In this document: piece after piece, positions 30,939 to 41,478 of the stretch
Numbering within the stretch: position 1 is the first letter of the stretch
Layout: each line of letters opens with the position of its first letter
Source of the DNA: Desulfomonilia bacterium
GTDB taxonomy: Bacteria > Desulfobacterota > Desulfomonilia > UBA1062
Length of the DNA: 64,000 nucleotides
Assembly (NCBI GenBank): GCA_963664325.2
Contig: CAXXDQ010000003.1
Span: 736,001 to 800,000, forward strand
Direction of reading: 5' to 3'
Made by a program: the position numbers and the translations under genes
Notes under the pieces: generated by a model
Told to the model about the DNA's origin: nothing
What the model saw: only the letters and a program-made list of their open reading frames with translations
The model's database searches: none

Positions 30939-32489
30939 ATAAAAAAATTCAGATTCCTTATTTTATCAATCGTATTGTTGATTAGGGGGGATCTTTACGC
31001 CGCAGTTGAGGTTGCCAACAACAACGAATGGTTATCACCGACCGGTGTGATATCAGATATTGAAATGTTATCCCCAAGATATCGAAACAGCATTTATCTG
31101 TCTCAACGGCCAAAGCAAATCCGTGCTCGCTTTACATGCAATTTTGATGAATCAAAAAGAAAAAGTATATTTTATGCATTTGCAACGGATGACGATATAC
31201 CCACCCAATGGCAACAGATTCAAAATGAAAACATTATAGAATCTGCTATCAATGAGACAATTTACAAGAAAAAAAAACTTACCTTGAAGGTTTACTTCAA
31301 GGGAATACCTGGCATTGATAAACTGTCTACGACATTGAAAGTTATTCCTCCAGCAACAGACAGCAGGGAAATTATTATTGGCGACAATAATGAGACGCTT
31401 ATTGATGGTAAACCTTTTTTCCCTGCAGGTTTTTACAGCATGGCAGAGGGTGATAAGAACGAACCGGTTGCAAAGGCCAAGTATAATGTTGTGATAGGTG
31501 TAAAAACTTCTTCAAGTAAAGCATGGCTTGACAGTTGTAAGCAGCTTGGTTTGCTTGGTATGGCGACAATATCGCGAAAGAGTATTTCCGATTTTGATGG
31601 ATCGGCTATCCGTAATTATGTTCGTGATATAAAAAATCATCCCGCCCTTTTAGGATACTATCTTTTCGATGAACCTCATCCGGAAAATACCGGCCAGACT
31701 CCTGAAGAAATAAAGCATGTTTATGATGTCATTGCTGACGAAGACCCTTATCACCCTGTAGCTATATGCATAAATCATTTAGATCTTATCAAACAGTATA
31801 TAGACTGTTATGACATATTGATGCCAGATTTCTATCCAATTCAACAAAACATACTGCCTTTGAAATCCTTATATGCTGTGATTGAGAAATCTATTAGGTA
31901 TGTCGATAAAAGAAAGCCTGTCTGGCCAGTTCTTCAATCATTTGGACAGGATGTGACTGAGGATATGGGAGAAAAAAGTCATTATATAACACCGACACCG
32001 GAGCAAGAAAGATGTATGACTTATCTTGCTCTGACAAATAAAATTCAGGGTTTAATGTTTTTTAGCTATCATGTCTTTACTCAATATGTCCCAGAAAAGA
32101 AAAATCCAGGTAAATATCAATATATTCTTGGCGGATATTTGCCTGATAAACAGCCAATTCTTTGGGCAGCTCTTGAAAAACTCGGGCCTGAAATCAAAAT
32201 AGCTGGTGTGGAATTAATGAAATCAGAAACTGTTTTTGATTCAAAAGGCCCTATTCACTGGGTGATATCTGCTGATAGAAATGGAAATATTAACATGCTG
32301 ATAGTTGTAAACATTGATGAACAAAAATACGCTTCAGCAAATATTGATTTAGAAACAAATAGTATTATTAAACTGCATACTCATTATAGTTCAGGTATAG
32401 TAAGGGTTGATGGCAGACATATAAATCTAAAATTGCCCCCAATGGGAACCCTTATTATTGGGATGAAGATAGATAATGCTAATGAGTAA
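30939..32489 (+). CDS. Exported hypothetical protein with a glycoside-hydrolase-like TIM barrel
   Basis: IDGKPFFPAGFY; HPALLGYYLFDEP; DILMPDFYP; KPVWPVLQSFG. Signal-like N-terminus begins at ATA 30939 (the track starts at TTG 30975). Confidence 0.6.
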   Translation: MKKFRFLILSIVLLIRGDLYAAVEVANNNEWLSPTGVISDIEMLSPRYRNSIYLSQRPKQIRARFTCNFDESKRKSIFYAFATDDDIPTQWQQIQNENIIESAINETIYKKKKLTLKVYFKGIPGIDKLSTTLKVIPPATDSREIIIGDNNETLIDGKPFFPAGFYSMAEGDKNEPVAKAKYNVVIGVKTSSSKAWLDSCKQLGLLGMATISRKSISDFDGSAIRNYVRDIKNHPALLGYYLFDEPHPENTGQTPEEIKHVYDVIADEDPYHPVAICINHLDLIKQYIDCYDILMPDFYPIQQNILPLKSLYAVIEKSIRYVDKRKPVWPVLQSFGQDVTEDMGEKSHYITPTPEQERCMTYLALTNKIQGLMFFSYHVFTQYVPEKKNPGKYQYILGGYLPDKQPILWAALEKLGPEIKIAGVELMKSETVFDSKGPIHWVISADRNGNINMLIVVNIDEQKYASANIDLETNSIIKLHTHYSSGIVRVDGRHINLKLPPMGTLIIGMKIDNANE

Positions 32490-32510
32490 AAATTAGGGGT
32501 AAAAATAGAA

Positions 32511-33563
32511 ATGAGAAGTACTTTTAAGATTAATGATAGACAAATTGGTGCAGGTAATCCAACTTTTATTATAGCTGAGATTGCCCAAGCGCATGATGGT
32601 TCTTTGGGAACGGCTCATGCTTATATTGATGCACTTGCTTATATCGGCGTGGATGCGGTTAAGTTTCAGACTCACATAGCAGAGTTTGAATCAACATATG
32701 ATGAACCATTCAGGCAAAGATACGGTTTCCAAGATGAAACTCGCTATGACTATTGGAAACGCATGGAGTTTACTAAAGAGCAATGGCAGGGTTTATCTGA
32801 CCATGCTGTTTCAAAGGGACTTGTTTTTTTAAGTTCGACATTCTCGATTGAAGCTTTCAGATTGCTTGACGAAATTGGTATACCAGCTTGGAAGGTAGGT
32901 TCAGGTGAATTCAAAAGCATGGAAATTATAGAAGAGATGTTCAAAACGGGAAAACCCGTACTTTACAGCACAGGAATGTCATCATGGAATGAAATTAATC
33001 AGGCGGTCAAAATCTTAAATTCATCCGGTAATGCATTTGCATTACTTCAATGTACAAGCGCATATCCGACACGACTTGAGGATATCGGGCTTAACGTTAT
33101 TGATGAGTTCAGAAAAAGGTATGACTGTGCGGTTGGTCTATCAGATCATTCGGGAAATATTTATCCAGGACTTGCAGCAATGGCTAAAGGGATCGATATT
33201 CTTGAGGTTCATGCAGTCTTTGACAAGAGGCTGTTCGGTCCGGATGTCAAGGCATCCTTAACAATAGAGGAAATAAAGATACTTGTTAATGCCCGGGATT
33301 CTTTTAATATCATGGATAAGAATCCACTGGATAAAGATGAAATTTCAAAGAGGCTTTCTGATATAAGAGATAACTTTACAAAAAGTATTGCTCCAGTTCG
33401 TAGTCTTGTGGCTGGGACTATTCTCACAGAAGATATGCTTACTTTAAAAAAGCCGGGAACAGGCATTCCAGTCGAGGAAAAGAGCAAGATTATCGGAAAA
33501 ACGCTCATTTGTGATGTGTCAGCAGATCACTTATTGCAGTGGAAAGATATTGGAAATGAATAG
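32511..33563 (+). CDS. neuB: Nonulosonic acid synthase (NeuB family)
   Basis: IIAEIAQAHDG; DAVKFQTH; STGMS; QCTSAYP; GLSDHS; SAF domain with KKPGTGI. Confidence 0.93.
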   Translation: MRSTFKINDRQIGAGNPTFIIAEIAQAHDGSLGTAHAYIDALAYIGVDAVKFQTHIAEFESTYDEPFRQRYGFQDETRYDYWKRMEFTKEQWQGLSDHAVSKGLVFLSSTFSIEAFRLLDEIGIPAWKVGSGEFKSMEIIEEMFKTGKPVLYSTGMSSWNEINQAVKILNSSGNAFALLQCTSAYPTRLEDIGLNVIDEFRKRYDCAVGLSDHSGNIYPGLAAMAKGIDILEVHAVFDKRLFGPDVKASLTIEEIKILVNARDSFNIMDKNPLDKDEISKRLSDIRDNFTKSIAPVRSLVAGTILTEDMLTLKKPGTGIPVEEKSKIIGKTLICDVSADHLLQWKDIGNE

Positions 33564-34719
33564 AAAAAGGAAGATATGTGTTGTTGTAACGGCAAGGCCA
33601 AGTTACAGCAGGGTCAAGACAGCCCTGAAGGCTATCAAAGAACATCCCAAACTCGAACTGCAGCTAGTTGTAGCTGCTTCAGCCCTTCTTGAACGTTATG
33701 GGAGTACAATTAAATATATCGAGGAAGATGGTTTTGATATAGCAGCACGTGTCTATATGGTGATGGAGGGAGAAAATCCAGTCACTATGGCAAAGACTAC
33801 AGGATTGGGTCTTATAGAACTTGCAACTGTATTTGACAATCTTGGTCCGGATGCAATTGTCACAATTGCAGACAGATACGAAACAATTGCTACAGCAATA
33901 ACAGCCTCATACATGAATATTCCAGTTATACACATTCAAGGAGGAGAAGTAACAGGTTCAATTGATGAAAAAGTCAGGCATGCAGTAACCAAGTTGTCTA
34001 ATATTCATTTCGTGTCAACTAAGATGGCAGCAGACAGGGTAATCAGAATGGGAGAAGATCCCAAGTGTGTTCATATCACAGGTTGCCCATCTATCGATAT
34101 TGCTGAAGAAGTTAAAAAAAATAGTGTAATGAATTTTGATATTTTCGAAAAGTATGGAGGTGTTGGAGAATCTATAACTCTGAATGATGGTTACCTTGTA
34201 GTTATGCAGCACCCAGTTACTACAGAGCATGAACTTTCCAGAAAGCATGTAAATGAAACATTATATGCTATAAAGGATGTTGGCATACCTGCATTATGGT
34301 TTTGGCCAAACGTGGATGCAGGCTCTGATGGTACTTCAAAAGGCATAAGATCATTTAGAGAGAATGAGAAGCCTACTAATATGCACTTCTTTAAAAATAT
34401 GAAATCCCTAGATTTCCTTAATGTGCTTTATAACAGCAAGGGTATTATTGGCAATTCAAGTGTTGCTATTCGTGAATGTTCATACCTTGGAATACCTGCA
34501 GTGAACATAGGAACAAGACAAATGGGCAGAGAGCGGGGAGATAATGTTACAGATGTAAATTATGACAGGGAAGAAATAAAGAGGGCTATAATTACACATC
34601 TTAATATTGGAAGACTCCCTGGTTGTTTACTATATGGCGATGGTAAGGCAGGGATCCGTATTGCTGAACTGTTAAGCATAATTGATCTTAATTGCATTGA
34701 AAAAAGACTGACATATTGA
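33556..34719 (+). CDS. neuC: Hydrolysing UDP-GlcNAc 2-epimerase (NeuC family)
   Basis: VVTARPSY; ADRYE; HIQGGEVTGSIDEKVRHA; QHPVT; GNSS; LYGDG. Confidence 0.93.
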   Translation: MNRKRKICVVVTARPSYSRVKTALKAIKEHPKLELQLVVAASALLERYGSTIKYIEEDGFDIAARVYMVMEGENPVTMAKTTGLGLIELATVFDNLGPDAIVTIADRYETIATAITASYMNIPVIHIQGGEVTGSIDEKVRHAVTKLSNIHFVSTKMAADRVIRMGEDPKCVHITGCPSIDIAEEVKKNSVMNFDIFEKYGGVGESITLNDGYLVVMQHPVTTEHELSRKHVNETLYAIKDVGIPALWFWPNVDAGSDGTSKGIRSFRENEKPTNMHFFKNMKSLDFLNVLYNSKGIIGNSSVAIRECSYLGIPAVNIGTRQMGRERGDNVTDVNYDREEIKRAIITHLNIGRLPGCLLYGDGKAGIRIAELLSIIDLNCIEKRLTY

Positions 34720-34772
34720 GACATAAACATTACATTTATTGTTTTTGTCTTATCATGTTTTGAAAAATATTC

Positions 34773-35648
34773 ATGGAAAATAAAATTATAAAAAAAAATA
34801 ATATCTATAGTGGAAGCACTTCATCATTTGATCTTAATTGGCAAATAAGAAAAGAAGCACATTATAATCATTGGATAAAAGGCAAACCGCAAAATCAAAT
34901 ACAGCTAGCTTTCAGAAAACACTGGGAACTTTTTTTGGAACTACTAGGAGGAATTAAAAATGGGCGATGTCTTGAAGTAGGATGTGGCAGAGGAAGCATA
35001 TCAAGTTATTTTGCAGAAAATGGTTTTGATTGCACACTGCTTGATTATTCTAATGCCGTATTAAATACAGCCAAAGGGATTTTTAAAAATCATGATCACA
35101 GTGCAGAATTCATTCAAGGTGATGCAATGAATCTGCCTTTTAAAAATGATTGTTTTGATATTGTTGTCAGTATAGGCCTGCTTGAGCACTTTGAAGACAT
35201 TGCTACTCCTATTTGTGAACAGTTGAGGATACTAAAATCAGGTGGTCTTTTCCTTGGCTACATAATTCCTGAAAGAAGTGATAATATTCAAAAATATTTC
35301 AATTGGATAAACACTGTATTGAATTTCATTTACACACTTTTAAACAAAACAAAAAATAGTGGTGAAAAAGCACAAATCTACAGGTCGGTATATAGCTCGG
35401 GTAAATATCTTGAAGCAATCAAAGAACTTAATATTGTTAATATAAGTATTTTGGGTATGTATCCCCTACCAATGATTTCCTACTCACCATCTTTTCCATT
35501 TACTCTTATGCCGAATCTAATTGAGAGGATGCTTGTCTTTTTGTTTGAATTATATTTATCATTAAGAAAAGTATTGTTAAAAAGAAATCCCTGGATATGC
35601 AGTGAAAAAACAGGACAGGCTTTCTTGCTTTCTTTTAGGAAAAAATGA
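34773..35648 (+). CDS. Class I SAM-dependent methyltransferase
   Basis: LEVGCGRG; GDAMNLPF; SIGLLEHF; LKSGG. Confidence 0.88.
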   Translation: MENKIIKKNNIYSGSTSSFDLNWQIRKEAHYNHWIKGKPQNQIQLAFRKHWELFLELLGGIKNGRCLEVGCGRGSISSYFAENGFDCTLLDYSNAVLNTAKGIFKNHDHSAEFIQGDAMNLPFKNDCFDIVVSIGLLEHFEDIATPICEQLRILKSGGLFLGYIIPERSDNIQKYFNWINTVLNFIYTLLNKTKNSGEKAQIYRSVYSSGKYLEAIKELNIVNISILGMYPLPMISYSPSFPFTLMPNLIERMLVFLFELYLSLRKVLLKRNPWICSEKTGQAFLLSFRKK

Positions 35649-35649
35649 A

Positions 35650-36360
35650 ATGAATAAGCATATTCTTGGTATTATTCCAGCTAGAGGCGGCTCAAAAGGA
35701 ATTAAAGACAAAAACATTACAGAACTTGCTGGGAAACCACTTATAGCTTTTACTATTGAAGCGACATTGGCCAGTTCAAGACTTTCTGATGCAATCGTTT
35801 CAACAGATTCAAAAAAGATAATTGAGATAGCGAGAAGATTTGGAGCAAATGTACCTTTTTTGCGCCCCGAAGTGTTGTCAAAAGATGATTCTTCTACAAT
35901 AGATGTGATCAAACATGCTGTAATCTGGTATGAACAGAAAAGAAAGCAGCGTATCGATATAGTTGTTATTCTTCAACCAACTGCACCTCTTAGGACGGCT
36001 AAAGATATTGATTCGTCTATTGGAATCTTCCTTAATGATCCTGGAGCAGACTCATTAATAAGTTGTTATGATGCTTCCTCATATCATCCAAGAATTATGT
36101 ATATAAAAAACAATCAGTTTATGAAACCATATATTACTGATAACAATAATCTTATCAGACGTCAGAAATTCGAAAATGTTTATATAAGAAATGGAGCAAT
36201 TTACATATCAACACGAAGACTTGTTATTGAAGAGGGGAAAATTATTGGAAATTCACCACTAGGCTATATAATGCCCCGGGAAAGATCGGTGAATATTGAC
36301 GAAACGCATGACCTGGAATTGGCAGAGTTTTATATTACTCGTCAAAAACAACTTTCTTGA
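35650..36360 (+). CDS. neuA: CMP-nonulosonic acid synthetase (NeuA family)
   Basis: IIPARGGSKGIKDKN; LQPTAPLR; RNGAIY; SVNIDE. Confidence 0.93.
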   Translation: MNKHILGIIPARGGSKGIKDKNITELAGKPLIAFTIEATLASSRLSDAIVSTDSKKIIEIARRFGANVPFLRPEVLSKDDSSTIDVIKHAVIWYEQKRKQRIDIVVILQPTAPLRTAKDIDSSIGIFLNDPGADSLISCYDASSYHPRIMYIKNNQFMKPYITDNNNLIRRQKFENVYIRNGAIYISTRRLVIEEGKIIGNSPLGYIMPRERSVNIDETHDLELAEFYITRQKQLS

Positions 36361-37319
36361 AACCTCGTATACTTAATATAGAACCTTCTAATTACTCTAA
36401 AGAAGCAAGAGAAATAATATGTACATTTGCCAAACTTGATGAAACTCAGCTTACAAGACCTGAACTAATTGAACGAATACATGAATATGATGGATTAATT
36501 GTCAGATTTGGCCACTATATAAATTCTGAAGTCTTTAAAAATGCTTCCCGATTAAAGGTTATTGCAACTTCAACAACTGGTCTTAATCATATCGATTTGG
36601 AAGAGGCCAAGAGACATGATGTAATTGTATTGAGCCTGAAGGGAGAGCGTGAATTCCTTGATACAATTTCAGCTACAGCTGAACATACATGGGGTCTTGT
36701 TCTTTCCATTGTCCGTAAAATCCCGATAGCTGTGAACCATGTTAAGTCAGGAGGTTGGCAAAGAGATTTATTCAGAGGGGAAGAATTATCGGGGAAGATT
36801 CTAGGAATTATTGGTCTTGGAAGGTTAGGTTTAAAGGTTGCGGAATATGGTTTGGCTTTTAAAATGAAGGTTATTGCATATGATCCATACGTTTCAAGAA
36901 GTGATTTTCAAATATACATGACTGATTTTAGGGGATTACTTGAAAAGTCTGACATAATAACAGTTCATGTCCCATATGAAGAAAATACAAGAAATCTAGT
37001 TTCCAAACAAAAATTCATGCTGATGAAAAAGGGCGCATATTTTATAAACACTTCAAGGGGAGAAGTAATTGATGAAGAAGCTTTGCTTGAAGCTTTATTA
37101 AATAATCATCTTTCAGGTGCAGCGCTTGATGTCTTGTCAGGTGAAAATTTATATGAATCATCCTTTCTGAAAGATAATCATCTTATAAGTTATGCTGTTA
37201 ACCATGACAATCTTATTATCACTCCGCATATAGGAGGTGCTACCTGGGATTCAATGCGGAAAACGGAAATATTTATTGCAGAAAAACTAAAGGAATTTTT
37301 TAATGACAATACAAAATAA
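36357..37319 (+). CDS. D-isomer-specific 2-hydroxyacid dehydrogenase
   Basis: GLNHID; AEHT; GIIGLGRLG; INTSRG; LDV; TPHIGGAT. Confidence 0.9.
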   Translation: MKPRILNIEPSNYSKEAREIICTFAKLDETQLTRPELIERIHEYDGLIVRFGHYINSEVFKNASRLKVIATSTTGLNHIDLEEAKRHDVIVLSLKGEREFLDTISATAEHTWGLVLSIVRKIPIAVNHVKSGGWQRDLFRGEELSGKILGIIGLGRLGLKVAEYGLAFKMKVIAYDPYVSRSDFQIYMTDFRGLLEKSDIITVHVPYEENTRNLVSKQKFMLMKKGAYFINTSRGEVIDEEALLEALLNNHLSGAALDVLSGENLYESSFLKDNHLISYAVNHDNLIITPHIGGATWDSMRKTEIFIAEKLKEFFNDNTK

Positions 37320-38679
37320 CTGGCTCATATTACCAATTGAAACAAAAGTAAGGGAACTTTATGGAAAGCTACTGTTTTCATTTGTAGCAGCAGAAGCCGG
37401 GTTTAAAGTAATAATTGGCCCTAAAGCTGAGATTAACAATAGGTCTAAATATTTCCCGAAAAGTTTTATTCTCAATTTCGGACTTGCTAAGAGTTATGAA
37501 AGTTCATCAAGTATGTACAAAAAATATGGTCATAAAGTAATTGCAATTGATGAGGAAGGACTTGTTACTCTAAACGACGATATTTATTTGAAGTATAGAG
37601 TCTCTGAAGATACCCTTAAACAGACTGACCTTTTTTTTTGCTGGGGTGACAGACAGGCCAGGCTTGTAGAATCAAAGGTTGAAGGAACAGGCTGTAAAGT
37701 AATATCAAGTGGAAACCCCAGGTTCGACATACTCAGGCCTGAATACAGGTCAATACTGGCTGCACAAGTTGAAGAGATCAAATTAAAATATAACCCAATG
37801 ATTCTTATCAATACTAATTTTGGTTCTTTCAATCATATAAATGGTGTTGAATTTACAATTCAGTCATTAAGGGAAAAACAGTGGATGATAACTCCAGAAG
37901 ATGAAAATTTCCATAGAGATAGAATCAATCTTCAGGGAAGGTTTTTTGATTATTTTGTTAGGATGCTTCCTATTCTATCTAATGAGTTCAAAACTCATAA
38001 TATTATTTTAAGGCCACACCCATCGGAGAATCATGATGTTTGGAAAGAACATACTAAAAATCTTCCGAATGTACATATAATTCATGATGGAAATGTTGAT
38101 CCTTGGATAATGGCATCAGACCTAGTAATTCATAATGGCTGTACTACGGCAGTACAGGCATTTTTGTTAAGCAAACCTGTAATATCATATAGACCAGTTA
38201 TTATTAAGCATCTTGAGACCTATTTCCCAAATGAATTAAGCAATCAAGTTCAGACTTTGGATGGACTGATTGAACGAGCAAATGAAATCATCAATGGATC
38301 AGGGTTAGAATCTGATCCTTATAAAAATAAATTAGCAGATCAATATATAGCTGCTAGAAATGGTCATTTCGCTTCTGAATGTATTGTTAGTACCATGATG
38401 AATTCAGATTTCCCATCAAATATGAGGAATTCATTTCAGGGCAGTAAAAATGTTTTAAAAGCAGTGGGGTTGTTGTATTCCTTCAGAGAGAGCATTAGTG
38501 AAATTTTTAAGAAAAACCCAGATAGAAGAAATTATTTGAAGCATAAATTCTCAGGACTTCATAAAAATGAAATTATAGATATCTTACATAGATTTAGTAA
38601 GATAGATGAACGTTTTCAGGGGATCTCTGTTATCAATATAGGTCAGTCATGTTTCAACATTATTAAAAAGGAGGTTTAA
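37303..38679 (+). CDS. Surface carbohydrate biosynthesis protein (probable nonulosonate transferase, GT-B-like)
   Basis: PIETKVREL; DEEG; WG; GNPRFD; NTNF; RPHPSE; HNGCTT. Confidence 0.7.
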   Translation: MTIQNNWLILPIETKVRELYGKLLFSFVAAEAGFKVIIGPKAEINNRSKYFPKSFILNFGLAKSYESSSSMYKKYGHKVIAIDEEGLVTLNDDIYLKYRVSEDTLKQTDLFFCWGDRQARLVESKVEGTGCKVISSGNPRFDILRPEYRSILAAQVEEIKLKYNPMILINTNFGSFNHINGVEFTIQSLREKQWMITPEDENFHRDRINLQGRFFDYFVRMLPILSNEFKTHNIILRPHPSENHDVWKEHTKNLPNVHIIHDGNVDPWIMASDLVIHNGCTTAVQAFLLSKPVISYRPVIIKHLETYFPNELSNQVQTLDGLIERANEIINGSGLESDPYKNKLADQYIAARNGHFASECIVSTMMNSDFPSNMRNSFQGSKNVLKAVGLLYSFRESISEIFKKNPDRRNYLKHKFSGLHKNEIIDILHRFSKIDERFQGISVINIGQSCFNIIKKEV

Positions 38680-38806
38680 ACATGATTGGTTTTATTTCAA
38701 TTAATGTAGAGGTGGATGTTTCTTATTATTAAATATAAGTTGAATAATTGTTTAATAGGATATGACAATTCACCTATTGATGTCCAACATTAAGGAGGAA
38801 ACATCC

Positions 38807-39592
38807 ATGATTCGCTTTTGTTTTCGTAGAGGTATAAGATGGTTGATAATGGCTATTAAATTTAGGAAGTCATTTTTAGCATATGTCATGTTGAATTGCC
38901 TTTCTCATATATTATTCCTTTCCGTTTTGACAGAAAGGGATGTGGAGAATGTTCTGCATGAAAGAGATATAAGACGAAAAGCAAAAAAAAACATAGGTTG
39001 GGCATCACACGACAAAAAAATAACCTTGAAATTTTTAAAGCGTAAATTATTTACGGTTAGTTTGAAAGAGGGTATTGAGCTTTCGGCCGAACACTTCTAC
39101 TTTTCTCGAAATCCGGCAGAAATTATAAATGCCTTTAAAATTATCTCAAAACGTGTTGGTTACAAAATAAAGATTAAATTTGGAGCAAGTATTTTTGAAC
39201 CAGGGTGTGGATGTGCCCGAATACTTTATTATTTGTCCGATCGATATGGGGCTAAGTGCTATGGACTGGATGTATATGAACCGGCTGTAGAAGTTGCAAA
39301 ATCAGCCAACATATTTGGCGATGTAGTAGTTGAACATGGAGATGCAATGGAACTAGCTAATGTTGAGCATTTGGCAGATAAAGCATTCGAAATGATTATA
39401 TGTAGCTCATATTTAGGACATATTATACATATGGATGGGGCCATAGATTATATTAAGTCGCTTGTTCGAATAGGAAAAGAAATAGTTATCATAGATAGGT
39501 TAATACCCCAGATAAAAGCTTTACTTGATGATATGGCTTTTTTAGTCATTGAGAAAGGTGAGACATTATACGCTTATCATTGTAACGAATAA
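38807..39592 (+). CDS. Class I SAM-dependent methyltransferase
   Basis: FEPGCGCAR; YGLDV; GDA; YLGH; AAGGAGG RBS before the ATG at 38807. Confidence 0.75.
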   Translation: MIRFCFRRGIRWLIMAIKFRKSFLAYVMLNCLSHILFLSVLTERDVENVLHERDIRRKAKKNIGWASHDKKITLKFLKRKLFTVSLKEGIELSAEHFYFSRNPAEIINAFKIISKRVGYKIKIKFGASIFEPGCGCARILYYLSDRYGAKCYGLDVYEPAVEVAKSANIFGDVVVEHGDAMELANVEHLADKAFEMIICSSYLGHIIHMDGAIDYIKSLVRIGKEIVIIDRLIPQIKALLDDMAFLVIEKGETLYAYHCNE

Positions 39593-39899
39593 TTATTTTT
39601 ATCACTGTATCTTAGGACCATAGTTTAAGGGTAAATAAACTTTGTAAGAAATTTGGCCATAAGTTATCTAAGTATACTCCTTAAGGTAAATTCAAACATA
39701 AGATTGGAATCTTGGCGATATGTAATAATGGAATCATGACCATATTTCACCGAACGGAATTAAAAAGCATTCTAAACAACTTAATTTCGTATTGGAAAAC
39801 GTGTCAAATTAACTTGACTACAGTCATGGTAACCTAATTAAACCTCATACCGGATACAATCTTATTGAAAATATAAATTAGGAAATAAGAGGTTGAGAA

Positions 39900-40709
39900 A
39901 TGGAGAAAGAAGAAATTCAGGAAAAAGTAAAAAATCTTCATCTGATTCAAGCCTGGAATCACAATTTTATTCTTAAAGGTGGAATTGAAACAAGGCCTGG
40001 TGAACAGACGTCTCATGGCAAAAACCTAATTAAATGGCAAAGAATTCATCCCATTTTAGAAGTTGTTGGGTTAAAAAATAAAATCATTTTGGATGTCGGC
40101 TGCAACGAAGGTTTTTTTAGCATCAAACTTGCCGATATGGGTGCAAAAGTACTTGGGATAGACATTGATGAACATCGAATAGAAAAAGCCCTGTTTGTTA
40201 AAGAAGTTCTAAATAATTCCAAGGTTGATTTTTCTCTGATGGATATTTATTCGGAAGAATTTTCAGCCTTAAAAAAGTTTGATATTTGCCTTTGTCTCGG
40301 CGTCCTTCACCGGGTGCCTGATCCATACTCCGTTATCTTAAAATTAACAGAACATGCTGACATCATAATATTTGAATGGAAAGCTCTTAAATTTGGTCCG
40401 CATGATGAGCCTTTTGCTTATTACACCCCGGGGGGATATAACGACGCGGATTATTATGGCACCCAGTATTGGATGATGAGTTTTACTTGTGTGGAAGCGA
40501 TCCTTAAACGTCTCGGATATATGCATTTCTATAAAATTGATGATCCAAGTTTCAGGCGGGCCATCCTGGTTGCCGGCAGGGTTTACAATCCCGTATTTGA
40601 TCTTCCTGATATTATTTTACACCGTAATCGTCTGAAGACGTTTCTCAGTCATACAAAACGTTATATTATAAGTGTTACAAAGATATTGAAAGGTTCAATT
40701 AACACTTAG
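39900..40709 (+). CDS. SAM-dependent methyltransferase, CmoB/DUF1698-like
   Basis: WNHNFILKGGIETRPG; LDVGCNEGFF; LGIDI; CLGVLH. Confidence 0.82.
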   Translation: MEKEEIQEKVKNLHLIQAWNHNFILKGGIETRPGEQTSHGKNLIKWQRIHPILEVVGLKNKIILDVGCNEGFFSIKLADMGAKVLGIDIDEHRIEKALFVKEVLNNSKVDFSLMDIYSEEFSALKKFDICLCLGVLHRVPDPYSVILKLTEHADIIIFEWKALKFGPHDEPFAYYTPGGYNDADYYGTQYWMMSFTCVEAILKRLGYMHFYKIDDPSFRRAILVAGRVYNPVFDLPDIILHRNRLKTFLSHTKRYIISVTKILKGSINT

Positions 40710-40712
40710 TGC

Positions 40713-41454
40713 ATGTCATATTTTAAAACAGTTCGCCACTATATAGGGAATGTTCGGCGTTTTTTAACAATACCCTGGCAACAGCGAAACATATCAATAT
40801 CAGAAGCGACTAATATTTTCGCCTGCTCTTTTGATTCCAATGGATGGCACCATATTATCAGTACACTAAACGAATATAATAATAATCCGGATGTCCCATT
40901 ACCTGAAACGACTTTATACAAGTACCTTAAAAATTATTGCCCCGGAAATATATTGGGTTTGGCTGGTTGCAACAGGGATTCAAGCAGTATCCCATTGTTT
41001 TATTATCCCTGGGGTATGTCTTTCAGGCAGTCCGGTATCATAGAAAAAAATGTTTGGCAGTCGAGGTTCTGCGGGCCTTCCAGTGATGAGTTTATTGAAG
41101 AAGAATATAAAAGAATTATTGCCCTGTATATGAATATGAAAAAAGCTAAATACAGACCCTGGAGGATAAATAACAGCTTCATCGGGGGGACATTTTTATT
41201 GAGAAATAATGGCCAGAAAAGATTTGTTGTATTGCAGGGCAACCACAGGATGGCAGTACTTTCTTTTCTTGGTATGAAAAAAACTGAATGTAAGAAGCAT
41301 AAGGGGATATCTTTCTAAAGTGAAAGAATCCGAAGTAAAAGAATGGCCATTTGTTAAAAACGGATTGTTTGCTGAGGATGAGGCTTTAAGGATATTCAAT
41401 TTGTTCTTTATTGAAAATGGATATCACATAAAAGCTTTACTAAATAACCATTGA
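40713..41454 (+). pseudogene. ParB/Sulfiredoxin-fold protein, frameshifted at an A7 run (41277-41283)
   Basis: FVVLQGNHRMAVLSFLG motif. Removing one A continues the frame as LNVRSIRGY...EWPFVKNGLF.EDEALRIFNLFF to TGA 41454. Confidence 0.65.
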
Positions 41455-41478
41455 TCTGATTATCTGCCTGCTTTGACA

